The notes: generated by a model not told the origin, from the sequence alone. A DNA stretch of 64,000 nt from Bacteroidota bacterium (GCA_039714415.1 JBDLJL010000003.1:10276-74275), one strand, 5' to 3'. Positions 1 to 10,150 are shown, counted from the first letter of the stretch. Translations and numbers: made by a program.

Positions 1-62
1 CAATTAAATAAAAAAGCAGCAATGCTAAGCAATAATATTGTGTTAATGAGTTTAAATTTCAT
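1..62 (-). CDS. 5' end of an unidentified secreted or membrane protein (partial, runs off the window)
   Basis: A minus-strand ATG at 62-60 is followed by MKFKLINTILLLSIAAFLFN (my own translation), which looks like a signal peptide. Only 20 codons are visible. Confidence 0.25.
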   Translation of the reverse strand, partial: MKFKLINTILLLSIAAFLFN

Positions 63-103
63 ATGTTTGATGATTGTAATTTAGTAAAAAAAGAAATTAA
101 TAA

Positions 104-3100
104 CTATGCAACCACTTCTTCAACAATATTTTTTTCTGCATAATATAAATAGCCTTTAACGTCAGGATATTTCATTTGTTGCAATAAGTTTATATATTCT
201 TTTACCTGGTCGATATGTTCTTTATGCTTTTCACCGAATTTGAAATCAATTACTAAAGTTTGTGTTTTACTAAATAAAACCCGGTCAGGAATTCTTTTTT
301 CTCCCTCCGTATTTAAAATGGCTTCTTCATTTTTGATATTCCATTTATCAGAAAACCAGTCTGATACTTCTTCACTTTCAATAATTGATTTTATTTTCTT
401 TTTTAACAATTCTTGTTCTTTTGAGCTTAGCTTCCCATCATAATACTGACTATTAATTGCAATATCAATATCCTCTTTAGTTTCTATGCTTGAAAAAATT
501 TCATGCATCAGATTTCCGTAATTAACCTTTTCTTCTATATATTTTATGCTTTCAATAAAAAAATCCTTGGCATGATGTAAGATATTTAATTTTTCATTCC
601 AATTGGTAACCGGGTATTCATTTAATGCAAATGGTTCTTCTTGTACTGACTTTTCACTTTCAGGTATATTTGCATTTATATCCAACGCTTGTAATTCAAA
701 TACATTTATTGAGCTATCAAAAAAATCTGGTATTGGAATATAATCCTTATTGTCGGTTACAAAAGTATTATCAGTAACCAATTTTTGCAAAAGACCAGAA
801 ACGGTTTTAATTTCTTTTTGTTTTGATTCATCCGGTGCATAAATTATTAATTCCTTTTTAGGCCGTGTAAAAGCAACATACATCATATTTATTGAATCCA
901 TAAAAGTGTACAGGGTTTCTTCGTAATACTCTTTTTTAAAAGTGCTTTTACCAAGGCTTTTTCTGTAAACGAGTGGGATAATTTCAAATTTGTTAAATGG
1001 TGCAATTTTGGGTTTTGCCCAGATAATAGTATTTGACAAGGGACTTTTTTCTAATCCCCAGTCAAAAAATGGGATTATAACTATGTTAAATGCCAATCCT
1101 TTTGATTTATGAATTGTCATTATTTTTAGTGAATCGTCTTGATCCGAGAGTAGTACAGACTTTGTTTTTCCTTTTTCTTCCCACCAGCTTAATAAATGCT
1201 CCAGATCAGCCATTTCATTATTTCTAAATTCCTTAACTAACTCCTGAAAAGTTTGAATATAGGGAATTTGATTAGTTAGATTTTTTAAATGAAAAATATC
1301 AATAAGATTTTCACAAATTTCATAAATATTTTGTTTTTTTAATGAATCTATTTCTTTAAAAAACCTTGAAGGAATAGTTGTGGTTTCTTGTTTTATTTTT
1401 TCCTGGTTAAAATCGCTGTGTTGAATACCTTTATCTGATTTATTAAATTTCAGCATTTCAGCAACTAAGGCCATTAAATGTAAATTGTCATTCTGATTAT
1501 GAATATGATATAAAGCATTAATCATTATCCTAATAGCAAATGAATTAATTAAAAATAAGGATTCAGACGAAATAATGGGGTATTTTTTGTGTTTTTCATC
1601 AGAGCTCATATAATTTAAGAGAGCTTCAGCAATGTTTTTTCCATCTCTGTTGGTTCTTACTAAAATAGCAATATCACCTGCTTTATATTTTTTAGAGAGT
1701 AGTAAATCCTCAATGGTTTTTGGTAATTTTTCAATTACTTTTTCACGATATTTACTTTTTGACCTGCTATCTGATTCAAAAAATTCTACCAGTACCCTGC
1801 CTCCTGAATTACCCTCTTTTGCCGGTAAGTGTTGATATGTGTCTTTATACGAATTAGTAATGGTTTCTTTTATATCAATTCCAAAATGGTCAAGCTCATC
1901 CGGTGAAAGTTTATTTAATTTATTATTAAAAATGTTTTGGCTTATTTCTGCTGCATTATAAAAAATGTAATTGTTAAAATCAATAATGTTTTTCTTGCTA
2001 CGCCAGTTGGTTCCCAGGTTTCTTTTTTCAATATATTCATTACCAATTTCTTTCTCAACCTGATTTAACAGTAAACGCCAGTCGCCTCCCCGCCATCGGT
2101 ATATAGATTGTTTTATATCACCAACAATAAGGTTCGCATTATTTTCAGCTAAAGAATTTTGAATTAAAGGTTTAAAGTTTTTCCATTGAAATCCGGAGGT
2201 GTCTTGAAACTCGTCAATTAATAAATGTTTAAAGCGGTTACCTATTTTTTCGTAAATGAATGGAGCATCATTCCCTGCAATGAGTTCTTTTAAAATACGT
2301 GTAGTATCACTAATCAGTAATAAATTGTTGTCCTGACGGTAATCTGGTAAAAGTTCAGCAAGATTTGTTAAAATACCAAATGCATGAAAGTTAGAAAGTA
2401 TATTATTGGCCGAAAGGTATATGGCAAAGTCAGATTCCAGTTTTTGCAACACTTGCTTTAAAATACTGTTCATCTCGGGATAAAGCTCAATGATTTTCTC
2501 TTTAACATCATTTTTAGCACTTTTTGCGTACCATAATTCGACATTATCCAATGCACTTAATACAGTTTTAACAGGTTCAAAGTCAGTATCTGTTTTTTCT
2601 TTAATTGTTTTGAGTAAATAATTCTTTATGGTGGTAAAGTTCCTGCCTAAACTATCATCAATTGCCTGGTGATTTTCGAAAATCTTTCTTGCATCCATAC
2701 TGTAACTTTGCATCATGGATTCAAAGTTATTTTTGATCTTTAAAAGTTCCTGATAATAATCCAGAACTATTTTAAAATCTTCTACCTTGTCTTCCTTGCT
2801 TTCAGATTCCAGGGCCTGAAACTGTTCTTTAAAAATTTCTTTTGCCAACTCTTTTATTTCCGCCCTGAAATCCCAGTTCTTACCTAAATCAATTTTATAA
2901 TGTGCAAAACGGATTAGCCAATCTTTGAGGTTTTTATTTGAATCAATAGCCCTGGCTAATAATTCAGTAAGTTCATTTATAACTTTTTCTGTATCTAATT
3001 CAATCCTATAACCGCTTTGAACACCAATTTCAAAAGTAAATGCTCTTATTACTTTTTGTACAAAACTATCGATAGTATTGATTGAGAAGAAGCTGTAATT

Positions 3101-3397
3101 ATGCAAAATGTTATCACGGACCTGGCTTGCTTTTTTGATTATATCAATTTCAGTCAAATTAGGAAATTCGGACTTAAAAACGTGATAAAAATCTGCCTTC
3201 TTCCCATGGGTTACCAATTTATTTAAAGAATTAAGTATTCTTTGTTTCATTTCCTCAGCAGCTTTATTGGTAAAGGTAACTGCCAATATTCTTCTATAAT
3301 TTTCAGGGTATAGAATAGCTAATTTTAAAAATTCTTCAGTTAAGGTATGTGTTTTACCGGATCCTGCAGAGGCTTTATATATGTTGAGCTTATTCAT
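104..3397 (-). CDS. UvrD/AddA-type SF1 helicase with a C-terminal PD-(D/E)XK nuclease domain
   Basis: Walker A ASAGSGKTHTL, DEFQDTS (motif II) and VGDIKQSIYRWRGG (motif III) are present, plus a C-terminal IPDRVLF...LVIDFKFGEK nuclease-like motif. The track ORF starts at a TTG (3445). The first ATG at 3397 (MNKLNIYKASAGSGKT) is the more plausible start. Confidence 0.9.
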   Translation of the reverse strand: MNKLNIYKASAGSGKTHTLTEEFLKLAILYPENYRRILAVTFTNKAAEEMKQRILNSLNKLVTHGKKADFYHVFKSEFPNLTEIDIIKKASQVRDNILHNYSFFSINTIDSFVQKVIRAFTFEIGVQSGYRIELDTEKVINELTELLARAIDSNKNLKDWLIRFAHYKIDLGKNWDFRAEIKELAKEIFKEQFQALESESKEDKVEDFKIVLDYYQELLKIKNNFESMMQSYSMDARKIFENHQAIDDSLGRNFTTIKNYLLKTIKEKTDTDFEPVKTVLSALDNVELWYAKSAKNDVKEKIIELYPEMNSILKQVLQKLESDFAIYLSANNILSNFHAFGILTNLAELLPDYRQDNNLLLISDTTRILKELIAGNDAPFIYEKIGNRFKHLLIDEFQDTSGFQWKNFKPLIQNSLAENNANLIVGDIKQSIYRWRGGDWRLLLNQVEKEIGNEYIEKRNLGTNWRSKKNIIDFNNYIFYNAAEISQNIFNNKLNKLSPDELDHFGIDIKETITNSYKDTYQHLPAKEGNSGGRVLVEFFESDSRSKSKYREKVIEKLPKTIEDLLLSKKYKAGDIAILVRTNRDGKNIAEALLNYMSSDEKHKKYPIISSESLFLINSFAIRIMINALYHIHNQNDNLHLMALVAEMLKFNKSDKGIQHSDFNQEKIKQETTTIPSRFFKEIDSLKKQNIYEICENLIDIFHLKNLTNQIPYIQTFQELVKEFRNNEMADLEHLLSWWEEKGKTKSVLLSDQDDSLKIMTIHKSKGLAFNIVIIPFFDWGLEKSPLSNTIIWAKPKIAPFNKFEIIPLVYRKSLGKSTFKKEYYEETLYTFMDSINMMYVAFTRPKKELIIYAPDESKQKEIKTVSGLLQKLVTDNTFVTDNKDYIPIPDFFDSSINVFELQALDINANIPESEKSVQEEPFALNEYPVTNWNEKLNILHHAKDFFIESIKYIEEKVNYGNLMHEIFSSIETKEDIDIAINSQYYDGKLSSKEQELLKKKIKSIIESEEVSDWFSDKWNIKNEEAILNTEGEKRIPDRVLFSKTQTLVIDFKFGEKHKEHIDQVKEYINLLQQMKYPDVKGYLYYAEKNIVEEVVA

Positions 3398-3595
3398 CAA
3401 TTTTAAAATTTGATTGGATAAAAATAAATAAACATAATGAAACAAGCATGTTAAAAATCATTATTATCATATATTACAATGATGATTTTTAATTTGCGGT
3501 TCCATCTGACCATTAAGAATAATTAAATATGAACAGATGAATAGAAAAAGTATATCTCCAGCTCGCATACTGTAGACTGACTACTGAGAACTTCT

Positions 3596-3624
3596 TCCTT
3601 TTGTCTTTTATCTTTTATCTTTGA
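3596..3624. repeat. Heptamer tandem repeat (TCTTTTA-like, about 4 units) immediately upstream of the TauE-like start
   Basis: The units read CCTTTTG TCTTTTA TCTTTTA TCTTTGA. Confidence 0.6.
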
Positions 3625-3627
3625 CAG

Positions 3628-4419
3628 ATGTTATCTGAATATATAACTCAATTTGATTTATTTTCATGGCAGATTATTAGCCTCATTTTTATTGCCGGGT
3701 TTTTAGCGGGCTTTATAAATACTTTTGCAGGCAGTGGAACTGCTATCAATTATTTTCTTTTTGCAATTTTAGGAATTCCAATGAATGTGGCAAGTGGAAC
3801 AGTCCGTTTAGGGGTAATTATGCAAGCAATTGCTACTTCGTTCAGTTTTTACAAGAAAGGTGAGTTAGATTTAGGAAAAGGATTATTTATTTCCATACCT
3901 GTAACTATTGGTGCAGTTATGGGGGCCGAAATTGCGGTAAATATTAATATTGGGGTTTTTGAAAAACTGATAGGTGGGGTTTTATTTGTGATGTTATTTT
4001 TTCTTTTTTATGATTCTGACCGATGGATTAAAGGGAAAAAAGTATTAAGTAGCCGAAAAGTAAAATTAAGTCATTTAGTTATTTATTTTTTGCTGGGCAT
4101 TTATGGTGGATTCTTGCACATAGGCTTCGGTATATTTATGATTGCTGCATTGGTATGGATTTCGGGATACGATTTGGTAAAAGCAGCAGCAATTAAAATT
4201 TTTGTTGTTTTAATTTATACACCATTTGTGTTTTTGATTTTTGTTATGAACGACCAGGTTGAATATTTTATTGGTTTTGTTACTGGTTTGGGCAATTTAG
4301 CAGGAGGACTTTTGGCAGCAGGCCTGGCAACAAAGTGGGGTGCTGGTTTTGTGCGCTGGATATTAATTATTGTCTTATTAATTTTTAGTTTAAAACTGTT
4401 TGGGGTAATCATTTTTTAG
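3628..4419 (+). CDS. TauE/SafE-family (DUF81) anion exporter-like membrane protein
   Basis: 263 aa with about 8 hydrophobic helices. Gly-rich motifs FLAGFINTFAGSGTA and GNLAGGLLAAGLA occur in the two halves, as in TauE/SafE permeases. Confidence 0.75.
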   Translation: MLSEYITQFDLFSWQIISLIFIAGFLAGFINTFAGSGTAINYFLFAILGIPMNVASGTVRLGVIMQAIATSFSFYKKGELDLGKGLFISIPVTIGAVMGAEIAVNINIGVFEKLIGGVLFVMLFFLFYDSDRWIKGKKVLSSRKVKLSHLVIYFLLGIYGGFLHIGFGIFMIAALVWISGYDLVKAAAIKIFVVLIYTPFVFLIFVMNDQVEYFIGFVTGLGNLAGGLLAAGLATKWGAGFVRWILIIVLLIFSLKLFGVIIF

Positions 4420-4492
4420 TGATAATTTAAAAACTCAGTAAATTGAACAGTTTTAGTAACACAAGCGCAAAATGATAATTTTAAATTTTTGG

Positions 4493-4580
4493 ATTGGAAG
4501 ATTGGAATGGAGGAAGGGTGTAAGATAGAACCATCAGGTTTTCAAACCCTTTCATTGTTCCTCCATTCCAAATTTCCATT
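4493..4580. repeat. 88-nt imperfect hairpin downstream of the TauE-like gene
   Basis: A perfect 14-bp stem is TTGGAATGGAGGAA (4502-4515) / TTCCTCCATTCCAA (4558-4571). It is extended outward by 4493-4500 / 4573-4580 with mismatches. Each arm is itself an internal direct repeat (GGATTGGAAG ATTGGAATGG). Confidence 0.75.
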
Positions 4581-4717
4581 TTAAAAGAAGAAATTAAAAG
4601 TTATGTTTGCGATTTATCAATACAAAAACATTTAAAATACTGAGGTCAAAATTTGACCTTGTCTTGATATTTATTCAAAATTATTGTAACTTGACATAAA
4701 ATTTAAAAAAAACAAAA

Positions 4718-5791
4718 ATGGAGAATAGAAAAATCATAATATTGTTAGTATTACTTATTCATTTTTCTGTTATTGCTCAAAAAGATAATAGCACTAAATT
4801 GAAGCTGGATAGTATTCCTGATTATCAGAATAGTACACTATTTAATAATGAGGAAATACTAAATTTTGACCTGAAATTGAATCTAAAAGCTGTTAGAAAA
4901 GATGTGGGGGATGACAGGATGTACCACTGGGCTAAAGTTATGTATCAGGATGCAAATGGTGATTCAATAAAGCTAAAGATCAAGGTGAGAACACGTGGAA
5001 TTTATAGAAGAAACCCTACAAATTGCAATTTCCCACAGTTAAGATTAAAGATTCCTAAAAAAGTAAGATGGGATAAAAATATATTCTCCGGTCAATCAAG
5101 GTTAAAAATGGTTGTTCCCTGCTTTAAAGATAAGGAAAGATATGAGGAATTGGTGATGAAGGAATATCTGGCATATAAAATTTATAATTTCTTTACCGAA
5201 CAAAGTTATCGGGTAAGGTTGGTACATATAAATTTAATTGACAGTTTAAAAAATGAAAAGTTATTTAGTTTCAGAGGCTTTTTTCTGGAAGAAACAGGCC
5301 AAATGGCTATGCGTAACAATGGAAAAACTTTAAAATTGACTAATTTTCAGCAGCAAAATGTTAACCGGCAACAAATGACGCATATGGTAGTTTATCAATA
5401 CCTTATTGGAAATACTGATTGGTCAATTGCTGGCCTGCATAACATAAAACTTCTTTTTATGAATAATAATAATGTTCCGGTGGCTATTCCTTATGATTTT
5501 GATTGGTGCGGGTTTGTTAATTCACCTTATGCCGTACCGGCCCCCCAGATTGCAACGGCAAGTGTGAGAATTAGGGTGTTTAGGGGGTATAAACGCTCTT
5601 TGGAAGAATATGAACCGGTAATTAAACAGTTTAACGATAAAAAAAATGAAATCTATCAATTGTTTGAAAATAATCAACTTTTAAGCGAAAAAGCAAAAAA
5701 TAATACAAAAAAGTATTTTGATGAATTTTATAAAATTATTAATGACCCTAAACAAGTCAACAATAAATTCATTAAAGGGGCGAGAAGGTAA
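4718..5791 (+). CDS. Secreted CotH-like (atypical kinase fold) protein
   Basis: A signal peptide is present (LLVLLIHFSVIAQ). VRTRGIYRRNPTNCNFPQLRLKIPKK, EELVMKEYLAYKIYNFF, YQYLIGNTDWSIAGLHN and IPYDFDWCGF resemble the CotH family motif order (RGxS...K.K, LxExLAY, GNxDxxxxN, DxDxxF). This assignment rests on motif resemblance only. Confidence 0.5.
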   Translation: MENRKIIILLVLLIHFSVIAQKDNSTKLKLDSIPDYQNSTLFNNEEILNFDLKLNLKAVRKDVGDDRMYHWAKVMYQDANGDSIKLKIKVRTRGIYRRNPTNCNFPQLRLKIPKKVRWDKNIFSGQSRLKMVVPCFKDKERYEELVMKEYLAYKIYNFFTEQSYRVRLVHINLIDSLKNEKLFSFRGFFLEETGQMAMRNNGKTLKLTNFQQQNVNRQQMTHMVVYQYLIGNTDWSIAGLHNIKLLFMNNNNVPVAIPYDFDWCGFVNSPYAVPAPQIATASVRIRVFRGYKRSLEEYEPVIKQFNDKKNEIYQLFENNQLLSEKAKNNTKKYFDEFYKIINDPKQVNNKFIKGARR

Positions 5792-5862
5792 ATGATTAAT
5801 GGCAAATGAATAATCGATAATGGCTAATGCATTAATAACTAATACACTAACCACTGAATTTG
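5788..5862. repeat. Degenerate heptamer tandem repeat (TAATGNN-like, about 9 units)
   Basis: The units read AAATGAT TAATGGC AAATGAA TAATCGA TAATGGC TAATGCA TTAATAAC TAATACA CTAACCA. It begins at the CotH-like stop codon. Confidence 0.6.
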
Positions 5863-5920
5863 ATTTGGTGTAGTTTTTGGTAGGAAATATACAATGTAAC
5901 AATTCAATAAACCAATTACG

Positions 5921-6352
5921 ATGTCTGCTATCAGAGAAATAAAAGTATTCATAATTGAAGACGATTTTGTGTTCATAGAAATTCTTGTAAACTTGTTGGA
6001 GTCTGTTAATTCAGAAATTAGTAATAAAAATATAAAAATAAGTTACCAAACATTTTATAGTACCAAAGAAGCAAGTTATGAGTTAAGTCAAAACCCTGAC
6101 ATTGTAATGCTTGACTATTTCCTCATGGATGATGAGTTAAAGGCTGATACAGGAACAAAATTACTGGATGTAATTAAGGAATATAACCCTGATATTGATG
6201 TTGTTGTAGTTTCAGGTCAGGAAAGTGAAAGTGTTAGGGATGAACTTTTACAAAAAGGAGCTACTAATTACCTGGGCAAAGACGAAAATTCTTTGAAGAA
6301 AATTAAACCGCTGATTATTAGCTTGATAGATAAAGAATTGTCAAAATCCTAG
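5921..6352 (+). CDS. Stand-alone response-regulator receiver (CheY-like) protein
   Basis: 143 aa. It has IIEDD near the N-terminus, DIVMLDYFL (the phospho-acceptor Asp context), VVVSGQ and a conserved Lys region (YLGKD). No output domain is present. Confidence 0.8.
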   Translation: MSAIREIKVFIIEDDFVFIEILVNLLESVNSEISNKNIKISYQTFYSTKEASYELSQNPDIVMLDYFLMDDELKADTGTKLLDVIKEYNPDIDVVVVSGQESESVRDELLQKGATNYLGKDENSLKKIKPLIISLIDKELSKS

Positions 6353-6430
6353 AATTTAGAGATATGAAACTGGAATAGTTTTACGTTGAATAATGGGGGA
6401 CAATTATGAACAAATGAAAACAATTCGCAA

Positions 6431-7252
6431 ATGAAAATTATAAGTATCATATTATTAAGCATTTTTTCTGTATTAAACTTTCAGACAGAAAACTATTATA
6501 TAATTAAAATAAAAGGTGAAATATATAACGAAACATCTGGAAAATCATTAAAACAGGGCGATGCTATTAAAGCAGAAGATAAGCTAAAATTTACACAAAA
6601 AAATGCTGTGGCTTTGGTTATTAGTGATACAAGAGGAAGATTTATACTAAAATATCCGGAAAGGGTTGAAGAATCGGTGGATGCCTTAACCGTTTTTGTG
6701 AAAAACGCACTGGTTGCAAACGTACAAAATCGATTAAGCACACGCAGTGTTGCTACACAGAGTGCTATTAATCATCTTGACAACTATTTGGGACGAGATG
6801 AATTTAATATAATAGGTGATGAACTTATTGTTATGCTGTCAGAAAAATCTTATTCAATTTCCAGAGGTAATGATATTATTGCTCGATATTATTTGAATAA
6901 TAGGAAATATGGTAAAGAATTAAGCATGAAAAATCAAACAATGGTTTTATCTCGTTCAAAATTTGAGTTGCCTGTCAGTGAGGAAGTTTGTTTGGAAAAA
7001 GTTGATATATACAAAATAAATGCATCAGTTGGTGAAGAGAATTTAATTACAACTATTGATTTGAGATTTATTGTAAAAGACGAACTTGAAAAAGAGTTTA
7101 TGACTATTATTGAAAAGTTTAACAATGGACAAACTTCTAATTCAAAAATCAGATCTTTATTACTAAATTATTTTATGGAATTTTATGGCAAAACAGATGA
7201 CTTTTATCTTAATCAATACGTTACCCAGTTAATTAATGACAATGTTAATTAA
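6431..7252 (+). CDS. Secreted protein with a FecR-like N-terminal sensor domain (hypothetical)
   Basis: A signal peptide is present. IKIKGEIYNETSGKSLKQGDAIKAEDKLKFTQKNAVALVISDTRGRFIL resembles the FecR beta-sandwich pattern. Its stop overlaps the next start (TAATG at 7250-7254). Confidence 0.4.
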   Translation: MKIISIILLSIFSVLNFQTENYYIIKIKGEIYNETSGKSLKQGDAIKAEDKLKFTQKNAVALVISDTRGRFILKYPERVEESVDALTVFVKNALVANVQNRLSTRSVATQSAINHLDNYLGRDEFNIIGDELIVMLSEKSYSISRGNDIIARYYLNNRKYGKELSMKNQTMVLSRSKFELPVSEEVCLEKVDIYKINASVGEENLITTIDLRFIVKDELEKEFMTIIEKFNNGQTSNSKIRSLLLNYFMEFYGKTDDFYLNQYVTQLINDNVN

Positions 7253-8484
7253 TGATATTATTTGGCTTTAAAGTTCAAAAAAAAGTACTTACGTTAGTAC
7301 TGGTGTCTCATTCCCTGCTTTTATCTGTTTTTTCTCTCTATCTTCTTAATTTACCCTATATATATGAGGATGAACTACGGCTAATACAGATAACATCAGC
7401 CATTAAAAAGTTTATTATCAGTAAGGAAGAAAAACCGGACAGGGATCGTTTCTTATTTGTTAATGTTGCCTGGGAAAAACAACTTATTGAAAAGCTTGAT
7501 AATGATGGGTTTCCAGTTGGTAACCAGGTAATTACTAACAGAAAAAGTCTTTCCAGGTTTTTTAGCAGGATAAACCAAAAACCAGATAATCATAAATATC
7601 TGATTTGTGATATCAGCTTTGTTGATCCATCTGAAAATGATATGGAACTTCAGGTTGAATTTGATAAACTGACTAATTATACCGTTTCTTATCATAAAGA
7701 TGAAAATGATATTCCACAAGATCCTATTTTTAATGTAAGTAAGTCAATTTCTGATTATACTACTTTTAATGTTGATAAATTCATTAAATTTAAATTGGTG
7801 CAGTCAGACTCACTAATTACTACACCGTTAAAGCTTTACCAGGAAATTTACAATAAAAAAATGGAACAGGGCTTTTTTTATCGGTTGAACAACAGGTATA
7901 TTTTAAATTCGTTTATTGTTGATTTTCGCATTTGGTCTTATGACTTGTCTGATGAGAGTAGTTATAAATACGATTATATGAATATTGGCGATTTTCAGTT
8001 TTTACCGGATTCAGCCTTTCATAAGTTGTTAAAAGACAGGATTATTGTGCTTGGTGATTTTGAATTGAATGATATTCACGAAACCATTTATGGTGATATG
8101 AGTGGTCCTCTAATTTTGTTAAATACTTTTTTGGCTGTTGAAAAGGGGCAAAATATACTTTCCATTTATTACCTTATATTTATTTTTCTAAGTTTTATAT
8201 TGATAAACTATTATGTTTTTGATATAAATATCCGCTTTAAAGCTCAATTTGCACACCTTATTTCTAAAAGCCCTATTTATAACGAGATGCTTCGTTTTTT
8301 TCTCTACCTTTTTTATTTTACTATTATTTCATCTATTTCATTTTTTATCTTCAATATCCATTTGACTATTTTATTATTTTCTGGTTACATGTCTTTTCTT
8401 GATATTATGAATAATTATTTTGCTGACCGTAGGCAAAAGAAAAAAGCAATTCAGGAAAATGTTTTTTTTGATATGGATGATTAG
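7252..8484 (+). CDS. CHASE2-domain membrane protein without a cytoplasmic output domain
   Basis: An N-terminal TM helix is followed by an extracytoplasmic segment of about 270 aa with CHASE2-like motifs (FLFVNVAWE, YLICDISFVDPSEND, IIVLGDFELNDIHETIYGDMSGPLILLNTF). Three TM helices follow, and the protein ends about 25 aa after the last one. Confidence 0.6.
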   Translation: MILFGFKVQKKVLTLVLVSHSLLLSVFSLYLLNLPYIYEDELRLIQITSAIKKFIISKEEKPDRDRFLFVNVAWEKQLIEKLDNDGFPVGNQVITNRKSLSRFFSRINQKPDNHKYLICDISFVDPSENDMELQVEFDKLTNYTVSYHKDENDIPQDPIFNVSKSISDYTTFNVDKFIKFKLVQSDSLITTPLKLYQEIYNKKMEQGFFYRLNNRYILNSFIVDFRIWSYDLSDESSYKYDYMNIGDFQFLPDSAFHKLLKDRIIVLGDFELNDIHETIYGDMSGPLILLNTFLAVEKGQNILSIYYLIFIFLSFILINYYVFDINIRFKAQFAHLISKSPIYNEMLRFFLYLFYFTIISSISFFIFNIHLTILLFSGYMSFLDIMNNYFADRRQKKKAIQENVFFDMDD

Positions 8485-8748
8485 TAAGTGTTTTGTTATT
8501 TATAGTATTAGAACAAAAACTATTAGTTTAATATGAATCAAGGTTTTAATGAATATTTTAGCAACAAGATTTTACCTGAATTAATGGTGATTGAAAATAT
8601 TTAATTAAAAAGTATTTACCTACGACTTCAAATTTAAAAACTGTTTAATTAAATATCAGTTTATAAGAACTGTAATTCTTTAGCTTGGTATTATACTGCA
8701 ATTTTTTTCTATATCACAATTTAACAAAGCAAATATCCAATATTTTTT

Positions 8749-8756
8749 TATTTTTG
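8749..8756 (+). promoter_or_regulatory. Bacteroidota-type -7 promoter box (TAnnTTTG) upstream of glyA
   Basis: TATTTTTG lies 40 nt upstream of ATG 8797. Confidence 0.4.
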
Positions 8757-8796
8757 TGAAAATTAACCTAATTAATAATGTTTTAAACTTATATAC

Positions 8797-10077
8797 ATGA
8801 AAAAAGATAAAGTAGTATTTGATTTAATTGAGCAGGAGCATCAGCGTCAATTGAATGGTATTGAGCTAATTGCCTCAGAAAATTTTGTAAGTGAGCAGGT
8901 TATGCAGGCAATGGGAACCTGGCTGACAAATAAATACGCCGAAGGTTATCCTGGTAAACGCTATTATGGTGGTTGCCAGATAGTTGACCAAACAGAACAA
9001 CTGGCTATTGACCGTTTAAAAGAACTTTTTGGTGCTGCGTGGGCAAATGTACAGCCACATTCAGGTGCACAGGCAAATGCTGCTGTTATGTTAGCCACTT
9101 TAAAAGCAGGTGATACATTTTTGGGTTTTAACCTATCTCATGGTGGACACCTTACACATGGTTCATTTGTTAACTTTTCTGGTATTTTGTACCGGGCTGT
9201 TTCATATAATGTAAAAGAAGAAACGGGTACAGTTGATTATGACGAAATGGAAGAGCTGGCCATAAAAGAAAATCCAAAATTAATTATTGGAGGTGCTTCT
9301 GCGTATTCGCGTGATTGGGACTATGAAAGAATGAGGGCAATTGCAGACAAAGTGGGTGCTTTATTAATGTTTGATATTTCTCATCCTGCAGGTTTAATTG
9401 CTGCCGGTTTATTGAAAGATCCATTGCCTTATGCACATATTGTCACCTCCACCACTCATAAAACCCTACGTGGCCCGCGTGGTGGTATTATTATGATGGG
9501 TAAAGATTTTGAAAACCCGTTTGGTAAAAAAACTCCAAAGGGAAAAATCAGGATGATGTCATCCTTACTGGATTCTGGTGTTTTCCCAGGTACCCAAGGT
9601 GGGCCTCTTGAACATATTATTGCTGCAAAAGCAATTGCCTTTGGTGAAGCTTTAACTGATGAATTTAAAGATTATCAAAAACAAGTATTAAAAAATGCCA
9701 AAGTAATGGCAGAAGCTTTTGTTAAAAAAGGATATAAAGTAATTTCTGATGGTACTGATAATCATTCTATGTTAATTGATTTAAGGACAAAAGTACCGGA
9801 AGTAACAGGGAAAGTTGTGGAAAAAGCCCTTGAAAGGGCAGATATAACAATTAATAAAAATATGGTTCCTTTTGATACACGTTCACCATTTCAAACTTCA
9901 GGTTTAAGAGTTGGAACACCGGCTGTAACTACCAGGGGGTTAAAAGAAAGTGATATGGTAAAAATTGTCGATTTAGTTGATCAAGTAATTATGGACGTTG
10001 AAAATGAGTCTGTTATTGATCAAGTACGTGCTGATGTTAATACTATGATGAAACAATTTCCTTTAACTACTCACTAA
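8797..10077 (+). CDS. glyA: Serine hydroxymethyltransferase
   Basis: Full-length SHMT with [12 protein letters not shown] and the PLP-lysine motif [15 protein letters not shown]. Confidence 0.97.
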   Translation: MKKDKVVFDLIEQEHQRQLNGIELIASENFVSEQVMQAMGTWLTNKYAEGYPGKRYYGGCQIVDQTEQLAIDRLKELFGAAWANVQPHSGAQANAAVMLATLKAGDTFLGFNLSHGGHLTHGSFVNFSGILYRAVSYNVKEETGTVDYDEMEELAIKENPKLIIGGASAYSRDWDYERMRAIADKVGALLMFDISHPAGLIAAGLLKDPLPYAHIVTSTTHKTLRGPRGGIIMMGKDFENPFGKKTPKGKIRMMSSLLDSGVFPGTQGGPLEHIIAAKAIAFGEALTDEFKDYQKQVLKNAKVMAEAFVKKGYKVISDGTDNHSMLIDLRTKVPEVTGKVVEKALERADITINKNMVPFDTRSPFQTSGLRVGTPAVTTRGLKESDMVKIVDLVDQVIMDVENESVIDQVRADVNTMMKQFPLTTH

Positions 10078-10082
10078 AATAA

Positions 10083-10128
10083 GTTTCAAGGAAAAAGTCT
10101 CAAGTTATTAGCTTGAAACATTTTCTTT
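10083..10128 (+). terminator. Candidate glyA terminator hairpin
   Basis: GTTTCAAG (10083-10090) pairs perfectly with CTTGAAAC (10112-10119) and is followed by ATTTTCTTTG. The 21-nt loop is large for an intrinsic terminator. Confidence 0.35.
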
Positions 10129-10150
10129 GTTACACGAAACTTATAGGTTT

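Noticed and set aside
3398-3445. Upstream non-ATG starts proposed by the ORF track for several genes (3445, 10127, 15492, 27160, 39380, 58583, 59575).
   Set aside because: In each case a downstream ATG gives an N-terminus matching the protein family or a proper signal peptide, and the extension overlaps a terminator or repeat. The exception is rimO at 60599, which I kept because the TTG start reproduces the family N-terminus.
3451-3492. Hairpin TTAAAAATCAT...ATGATTTTTAA (11-bp perfect) in the divergent spacer between the helicase and TauE-like genes.
   Set aside because: It is composed almost entirely of A and T, so it would form a weak structure and is likely to arise by chance in AT-rich DNA. 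It might be an operator, but there is no supporting second copy or nearby regulator.
5681-5902. 73-aa minus-strand ORF between the CotH-like and receiver genes.
   Set aside because: It overlaps the 3' end of the CotH-like gene and runs through the TAATGNN heptamer repeat block. Its composition is typical of translated repeat DNA.
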